A stretch of DNA of 64,000 nt, taken from IMG/VR virus record IMGVR_UViG_3300008121_000011, one strand, 5' to 3'. The DNA comes from a virus. This document shows, one piece after another, positions 59,477-64,000 of this stretch. A model generated the notes under the pieces. The model had not been told where the DNA came from and did not search any database. It worked only from the letters and a program-made list of their open reading frames with translations. How positions within the stretch are numbered: position 1 is the stretch's first letter; every line of letters starts with the position of its first letter. The translations under genes were made by a program, and so were the position numbers.

Positions 59477-60000
59477 AAGCTCCTATTGTGCCAGTTACAA
59501 GATCTGAGCGAGAAAAAGCTATCGACGATCGCATTGCCAATATTAAAAACGATTATGGGTTTACTCTTGATCTCAGTCATCTAGGATTAAGAGAAATACC
59601 CGAAAGAGTTTTTGCTTTGAAACATCTGCAAAGGCTTGATGCAAGGTGCAATCAGATTGAATTTATTGACAAAAAAATCAAAGCGTTAAAAAAACTTGAA
59701 AGCTTAGACTTATCTGGCAATCGGATTGAAGAAATTCCTGAAGAGATTAAGTACTTAAAAAGGCTTGAACGCCTTAATTTAAGGAGAAATTACATTTCAA
59801 CTATCCCAGAGTCTTTAACCTATTTGAAGAAGCTAAGATACTTGAATTTAGACAATAACCAGATTAACGAAGTTCCGTTTTTTCTAGGTACTCTTGAAAA
59901 GCTAACTAATATATGGCTTTGCGAAAACAACATTAAAGAGTTGCCTAGCTCTTTTGATGGCAAGGCTGGCAAGTTTGGCTATTGGATTTATTATGAGTAA
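59473..60000 (+). CDS. Leucine-rich repeat (LRR) protein (175 aa)
   Basis: About six consecutive 23-residue LxxLxxLxLxxNxIxxIP units (LKHLQRLDARCNQIEFI / LKKLESLDLSGNRIEEIP / LKRLERLNLRRNYISTIP / LKKLRYLNLDNNQINEVP / LEKLTNIWLCENNIKELP). Confidence 0.8.
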   Translation: MKAPIVPVTRSEREKAIDDRIANIKNDYGFTLDLSHLGLREIPERVFALKHLQRLDARCNQIEFIDKKIKALKKLESLDLSGNRIEEIPEEIKYLKRLERLNLRRNYISTIPESLTYLKKLRYLNLDNNQINEVPFFLGTLEKLTNIWLCENNIKELPSSFDGKAGKFGYWIYYE

Positions 60001-60157
60001 ACCCAGAAAATCAGCACCCAAGAAAGAACCGACAGTTGAGGCAACGCCGATCATTGAGCGATACCGATCGCGCCACACTTGGAAGGAGTTCGTTGCGCTT
60101 TATGTACCAGCGGATGCGGATAAGTACCCAACTATGCATAGAGAGTATTTAAAATAA
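59993..60157 (+). CDS. Hypothetical basic protein (54 aa)
   Basis: The ATG at 59993 overlaps the LRR stop. Confidence 0.35.
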   Translation: MSKPRKSAPKKEPTVEATPIIERYRSRHTWKEFVALYVPADADKYPTMHREYLK

Positions 60158-60198
60158 AAAAATGAACTACTCAATATTTTCGAGTAGTTCATTTTTTT
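60156..60198. terminator. Bidirectional rho-independent terminator
   Basis: A-run-ATGAACTACTC-(9-nt loop)-GAGTAGTTCAT-T6. Confidence 0.65.
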
Positions 60199-60397
60199 AT
60201 TTCATTTCTCGTTGCCAATCGTGGCAGTCGTTAGCAGCGTAAAAACCAGCGCTATCCCGTGGCGGTACTTTGGTACAAAGCCGCCAATTATTAAATCGGC
60301 AGTTGTGGCAACCTTTCAGCGATCGCGCATCATGGGTGTTTTCCAGTAATTCTTTGCAGACTTTTTCGGTTTGATGCTTGGTTAGTTGTAGTTGCAT
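60197..60397 (-). CDS. Hypothetical Cys-rich protein (66 aa)
   Basis: ATG ORF containing five Cys (C14, C30, C33, C41, C58). Confidence 0.4.
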   Translation of the reverse strand: MQLQLTKHQTEKVCKELLENTHDARSLKGCHNCRFNNWRLCTKVPPRDSAGFYAANDCHDWQREMK

Positions 60398-60473
60398 GTT
60401 TTATTTTGTGTTTTAACAGTTATACTAAAGTTGCATTGTTACCTTTGTTTAACTTGTTACTTTCTTGATCAAA

Positions 60474-60510
60474 GGCGGATCGCGCTCCCTACAGCGAATC
60501 CGCCTTTTTT
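60474..60510. terminator. GC-rich hairpin with a T6 tract
   Basis: GGCGGAT...ATCCGCC followed by TTTTTT on the plus strand. It lies between two minus-strand genes, so its polarity is unclear. Confidence 0.4.
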
Positions 60511-60523
60511 ATTGTCGATATTT

Positions 60524-60763
60524 TTACTCTATGCCGTAATCGCGATTTGGCTCTAATCGCGCCTCAATATTGCTTACTTGCTGCTCTAGGGTTGAGACTC
60601 GGCTGACGATCGAATGTTCAGCATATTTCGCCTCACAGGTTTCTACTACTACCTCACTAAAAGATACTTTCTTCGTGTCTGTGCTTCGAGCGTCCGCACA
60701 TTTCTGAATCGCGATTTTTAAATCTTTCGGGAATCGGATCGTTGTGACTACACTTTCTGTCAT
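60524..60763 (-). CDS. Ribbon-helix-helix (CopG-like) regulator
   Basis: The N-terminal 'TTIRFPKDLKIAIQKCADA...VSFSEVVVETCEAKY' fits a beta-alpha-alpha layout. The gene is divergent from the operator array. Confidence 0.5.
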   Translation of the reverse strand: MTESVVTTIRFPKDLKIAIQKCADARSTDTKKVSFSEVVVETCEAKYAEHSIVSRVSTLEQQVSNIEARLEPNRDYGIE

Positions 60764-60808
60764 ATATCTACAATCAAAAACTATTTACAAATTAGCATAC
60801 AAAGCGTA

Positions 60809-60837
60809 TTGACACTACTTAATACGGGGTGTATGCT
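60809..60837 (+). promoter_or_regulatory. Sigma70-like promoter
   Basis: TTGACA, a 17-nt spacer, then TATGCT. Confidence 0.55.
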
Positions 60838-60848
60838 GTTTTGTAGTT

Positions 60849-60910
60849 AAACGAATTCGCACGAATTCGTTATTAATTCGCCGAAGTCAAAACGAATTCG
60901 CACGAATTCG
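60849..60910 (+). promoter_or_regulatory. Operator array: a 21-bp direct repeat in two copies, each with two CGAATTCG palindromes
   Basis: AAACGAATTCGCACGAATTCG occurs at 60849-60869 and 60890-60910, with a TAATTCG half-site between them. The array lies between the promoter and the ATG at 60917. Confidence 0.6.
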
Positions 60911-60916
60911 CTAGAG

Positions 60917-61234
60917 ATGAAAACAGCTTTACCAATCCCTACCTATGCAAACTCAGTAAAAAATATCTTGCTGACTGCTTACGACTGCTTCACTACAAAG
61001 GATTTGGCGCAATTAATTACCGCACAATATCCAAGCTTAAGTTTTGATTCACAAGTTCGCTTAGCTCAAATGGCGGCTAAAGTGATTCGCAATCTCAGCC
61101 CATCCATTGCTCAAAAGCATGGATACCAAACTGAAGATCTAAAACCAAAAAAACTAGATGGCATTGCCGTCTATTCCCGCATGGGAGCCAAAGCAATTCT
61201 CGAATACATGAACTATCAGGTAACACTTTTATGA
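60917..61234 (+). CDS. Hypothetical protein (105 aa)
   Basis: First gene behind the operator array. Confidence 0.5.
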   Translation: MKTALPIPTYANSVKNILLTAYDCFTTKDLAQLITAQYPSLSFDSQVRLAQMAAKVIRNLSPSIAQKHGYQTEDLKPKKLDGIAVYSRMGAKAILEYMNYQVTLL

Positions 61235-61548
61235 GTCTTAGAAACGATGCAAAGGGACAAAACACAGAGCCTAATTCTGGTTCTCAAAAGACTTTTATCA
61301 ATACCGATCTGACTGCTGATTTTGAAGCAGGGATTGAACTTGTTAATGCTAGGGTTAAAGCTTTTGGTGCTGGCGTTAATTACCGTATGGCACAAGTGCA
61401 AGGCGCGATGTCTAGCTTTGCAGGAGCTAAGTTTGTAATTGCTGACGCTACTTATCAGCGCCCTGCATTGCCTCCTTCAGAAGAAGAGGTAAAACAATCT
61501 GTAATGGCTTTAATCTACACTGTTTCAACGTCTCAAGAGGTAGCATAA
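61231..61548 (+). CDS. Hypothetical protein (105 aa)
   Basis: ATGA-coupled. Confidence 0.45.
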   Translation: MSLRNDAKGQNTEPNSGSQKTFINTDLTADFEAGIELVNARVKAFGAGVNYRMAQVQGAMSSFAGAKFVIADATYQRPALPPSEEEVKQSVMALIYTVSTSQEVA

Positions 61549-62156
61549 TGGCTAGCGATTTAGCAATTATTGACGATGCTGCTGAGATCATGCGATCGCT
61601 TCCATCGGAATTACAAAATGATTCCCATATGATGAATTGTGTGATAGAAGGCTTGCAAGCTGGCTTGATGAAACTTGAAGTTCAAGCGATCGCCAACAAA
61701 GCGGCGATCGCTAGATTGGAGGAAGTTGTATCACAAGGATTTAGTTTAGTTAACACTGAAATCCAAGGCATTAAGCACAGCCAAGATATTGATCGTGTTC
61801 ATGCCGAGTATGCCAAAAAGGAAGCTACTGAGGCTAAAAATTTAGCTCAGCAAGCATGGCAAGAGGCGCAAAAGCTTGCGATCGGTGTTGCCAAGGCTGA
61901 AGCTAAAGCAGATGGAGCTAGAGATTTAGCCAAATCGCGAGGCATGAACATAGATCCCTATTGGGGTATGGGCTTAACCGCGATCGCTATTTTTGTCACT
62001 CTTGCCATGTTTACCAGAGTTGAAAAAGTAGAAGAGTATAAGCCGCGCACTCAATCTCAGCAATCCGCGCCAATTTATTCATGCGATCGCTCTGCTATCA
62101 ATGTTTCTGGCACTACAGATTTTAGTAAGTGCAAAAAGTTGAGTGGTGAAGTATGA
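61548..62156 (+). CDS. Coiled-coil membrane-anchored protein (202 aa)
   Basis: A long A/E/K coiled coil is followed by the TM segment GMGLTAIAIFVTLAMF. Confidence 0.5.
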   Translation: MASDLAIIDDAAEIMRSLPSELQNDSHMMNCVIEGLQAGLMKLEVQAIANKAAIARLEEVVSQGFSLVNTEIQGIKHSQDIDRVHAEYAKKEATEAKNLAQQAWQEAQKLAIGVAKAEAKADGARDLAKSRGMNIDPYWGMGLTAIAIFVTLAMFTRVEKVEEYKPRTQSQQSAPIYSCDRSAINVSGTTDFSKCKKLSGEV

Positions 62157-62290
62157 CTAATTATGCGTGGGCTTTTTGGATGGCTCTCTTTTCCGTTTGG
62201 ATTGTTTACGGAATTAGCAAAATGTTGCCATCTATTCCAATATCAATTACAGAAAAAGGAGCTTTGATATGGCAACTTCCCAAGAAGTAA
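62153..62290 (+). CDS. Small TM protein (45 aa, below cutoff)
   Basis: MTNYAWAFWMALFSVWIVYGISKMLPSIPISITEKGALIWQLPKK*. ATGA-coupled. Confidence 0.3.
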   Translation: MTNYAWAFWMALFSVWIVYGISKMLPSIPISITEKGALIWQLPKK

Positions 62291-62688
62291 AGGCGGCGCT
62301 AGCTCAAAAGATGGCAGGGGGTAGCGCTCCTGCAAGGGATAGCGCTCCTGTTAGTTCTAATTCAGTCGGCGAACAAATACAAGATCGCTTTATTAAAGGA
62401 ACCTTGATAGACGATCGCATTATTGGATTTTTGCAAAAAGCCGCCACTATTATTTTTATAGTCGCTTTGCTTGGCGCTTTGTGGTTATGGGCTGAAAGAT
62501 CTTTTGGAGTAAGAGTTTTAGCTCCTTATCGCATTTGGTCGCCTTCAATATTCATGGTTGTAATGATGTTTGTGGCTAAGCCATTTTTGCGCCTTGGTTG
62601 GTTTGGATGGGCTTTTGTTCTAGTCCAATCAATTAACCTATCTGGCTATCTATTCCAGACTATTCAAAGCGTAACTGGGGTGCGTTAA
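62269..62688 (+). CDS. Multi-pass membrane protein (139 aa)
   Basis: Has three hydrophobic stretches: AATIIFIVALLGALWLW, IFMVVMMFVA and WFGWAFVLV. Confidence 0.5.
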   Translation: MATSQEVKAALAQKMAGGSAPARDSAPVSSNSVGEQIQDRFIKGTLIDDRIIGFLQKAATIIFIVALLGALWLWAERSFGVRVLAPYRIWSPSIFMVVMMFVAKPFLRLGWFGWAFVLVQSINLSGYLFQTIQSVTGVR

Positions 62689-63644
62689 TGGAAGTTCCAG
62701 GTGATCCTCTTGTTGCATTTTTTCAGTTACCTCAAAAAGTGCAAAATTGGTACGAAAAGCTAATGGTAGAGACTGCTTGGGAAAACGGAGTTGATTACGA
62801 TTTTTCTAATATGTGGAATTTGATGGATCGTTCTGAGCAGTGGAAAACTATCGCAATGTTGATTAAAGAGTCAGCACCCAAAGATCAGCCATGCCCTAGA
62901 GTTGTTCTAAACAAACGCGCCGTCCCTCTTAAAACTCCATTGCTTCAAAAAAAAAGCGTTCAGGACTGCGTACCAATCTCAAGCCAGTTCGTAAATGAAT
63001 TTGAAGATAGCCCAACAGATAAGGTAAAGCACGTTTTACTAACTTGGCAAAATGTGCGACTTGTTGGTATGCGCGGATCTGGCAAAACTTCTAAAGCAAG
63101 ATGGATTTGTCAGCATCGCATTAAAGCAGGGCAAAAAATCTACTGGGTTAATCCCCACCTAAGTTATGAAGATAAAGTCTTGCTTCAGTCTTTAGGTGTG
63201 GTAATCGTTGGGGGCGGTCGTGATTATGAGGCGATCGCTAGATTTTGTTCTCATTATTGTGAAGGTGATAACTCAATTCTTAACAAGGAATATGAGAGAT
63301 ATGACTCTGAACCTAATGCAGTATTTGAAGCTGAAACAATTGTTTTGGATGAGCTGACTAATTATAAAGAGCAAGTTGGCGATCCTATTTTGACTTTTGT
63401 TAAAGCTTCTATTCAGGAATTTAGCAAAATTAACCGCTCAGTAATTTATATTACTCATAATACAACCCTGTCCTGTATGGGTGCGCCCGATGGCTTTTCT
63501 CAAGCGATTAAAGATAACTTATTTGATTTAAAACTTGAAGCAGATCCTATGAAAGGGAATCGCGTTCCCAAGGCGATTGCTAAATACCGAATGCCAAATA
63601 CTGATAATTGGCTAGATGTAAAAATACCTGTGGAGTGGCAATAA
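62688..63644 (+). CDS. P-loop ATPase (318 aa)
   Basis: Walker A is 'GMRGSGKTS' and Walker B is 'TIVLDELT'. Family unassigned. Confidence 0.55.
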   Translation: MEVPGDPLVAFFQLPQKVQNWYEKLMVETAWENGVDYDFSNMWNLMDRSEQWKTIAMLIKESAPKDQPCPRVVLNKRAVPLKTPLLQKKSVQDCVPISSQFVNEFEDSPTDKVKHVLLTWQNVRLVGMRGSGKTSKARWICQHRIKAGQKIYWVNPHLSYEDKVLLQSLGVVIVGGGRDYEAIARFCSHYCEGDNSILNKEYERYDSEPNAVFEAETIVLDELTNYKEQVGDPILTFVKASIQEFSKINRSVIYITHNTTLSCMGAPDGFSQAIKDNLFDLKLEADPMKGNRVPKAIAKYRMPNTDNWLDVKIPVEWQ

Positions 63645-63835
63645 TGACGCTAAATCAAAATATTCCATCAAAACTAAAAGAAGAACTTACTGAGCTTTTG
63701 ATGCAAGTTCGCAACCCTCACAAAGTGGTTATTTCACCCAAGTTTGATAACGTTAACTACAGGTATTATTTATTACCTGATGGCACGTACAGACAAGATA
63801 AACAGACTTTTGGAAACAATGGAAAACTCAACTAA
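63644..63835 (+). CDS. Hypothetical protein (63 aa)
   Basis: The ATG at 63644 overlaps the upstream stop. Confidence 0.4.
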   Translation: MTLNQNIPSKLKEELTELLMQVRNPHKVVISPKFDNVNYRYYLLPDGTYRQDKQTFGNNGKLN

Positions 63836-64000
63836 TTTATTTCTAATTCCAATCACTCTAATCGTCATCGCTTTTGTTTGCCGATGGCATACGGCGTTTG
63901 TGGAATCGCAGATTGAGGGTCGCGATCGTAGATTGAGAGAAGTTAAGATCGCGTGGTTGCGTCGCTGTTATGCGGTAAGCATGGTCGAGCGATTGGACAG
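63819..64000 (+). CDS. Partial CDS running off the window (TM protein N-terminus)
   Basis: The ATG is at 63819 (MENSTNLFLIPITLIVIAFVCRWH...). The frame is open to the window edge. Confidence 0.35.
   Translation, partial: MENSTNLFLIPITLIVIAFVCRWHTAFVESQIEGRDRRLREVKIAWLRRCYAVSMVERLD

Noticed and set aside
61548-62688. Holin/lysis cassette
   Set aside because: TM proteins are present, but there is no endolysin, spanin or peptidoglycan hydrolase motif nearby. The coiled-coil protein and the ATPase do not fit a lysis module. No lysis genes could be supported anywhere in the window.

Overview
This is a gene-dense 64-kb stretch that reads as a tailed cyanophage or prophage. The cyanobacterial HIP1 octamer GCGATCGC is scattered through genes and spacers, for example at 1291-1298 and 6054-6061. 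No rRNA, transposase, integrase or CRISPR array is visible.

Modules from left to right:
- 0.4-9.5 kb, minus strand: siphovirus-type tail module. It contains a 1183-aa tape measure, a gpG/gpGT chaperone pair with a lambda-identical GGGAAAG -1 slippery site, a putative tail tube and connector-like small genes. A plus-strand insert at 5.9-7.5 kb interrupts it.
- 9.5-14.7 kb, minus strand: small early-type genes behind duplicated sigma70-like promoter/5'UTR cassettes. A 610-bp ORF-free gap here holds two tandem non-canonical tRNA-like elements.
- 15-22.4 kb, plus strand: Cys-rich protein, ORF6N/KilA-N-like protein and ParB-like protein. Next comes a radical-SAM enzyme flanked by two paralogous small basic proteins, then TerS and TerL.
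- 22.7-25.7 kb, minus strand: inverted portal/scaffold block.
- 25.9-34 kb, plus strand: major capsid, then a run of fibre-like proteins.
- 34-42.9 kb, minus strand: two N6-adenine methyltransferases, an NblA-like peptide, a Gly/Tyr hexanucleotide-repeat gene, an iteron cluster, a primase-helicase and RHH/HTH regulators.
- 43-50 kb, minus strand: one tightly coupled operon headed by an XRE regulator. It carries dCTP deaminase, a P-loop kinase-like protein and the most unusual content of the window. That content is Csf2(Cas7)-like, Csf3(Cas5)-like and CysH/PAPS-reductase-like genes (the type IV-B signature), plus a cupin and a Cas6-like RNase, with no CRISPR array in the window.
- 50-64 kb: mixed small genes. 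These include an HNH endonuclease, a C5 cytosine methyltransferase, a leucine-rich-repeat protein, an RHH/operator switch and a membrane-protein plus P-loop ATPase cluster.

All family assignments rest on motifs I can read in the translations. No database search was run.
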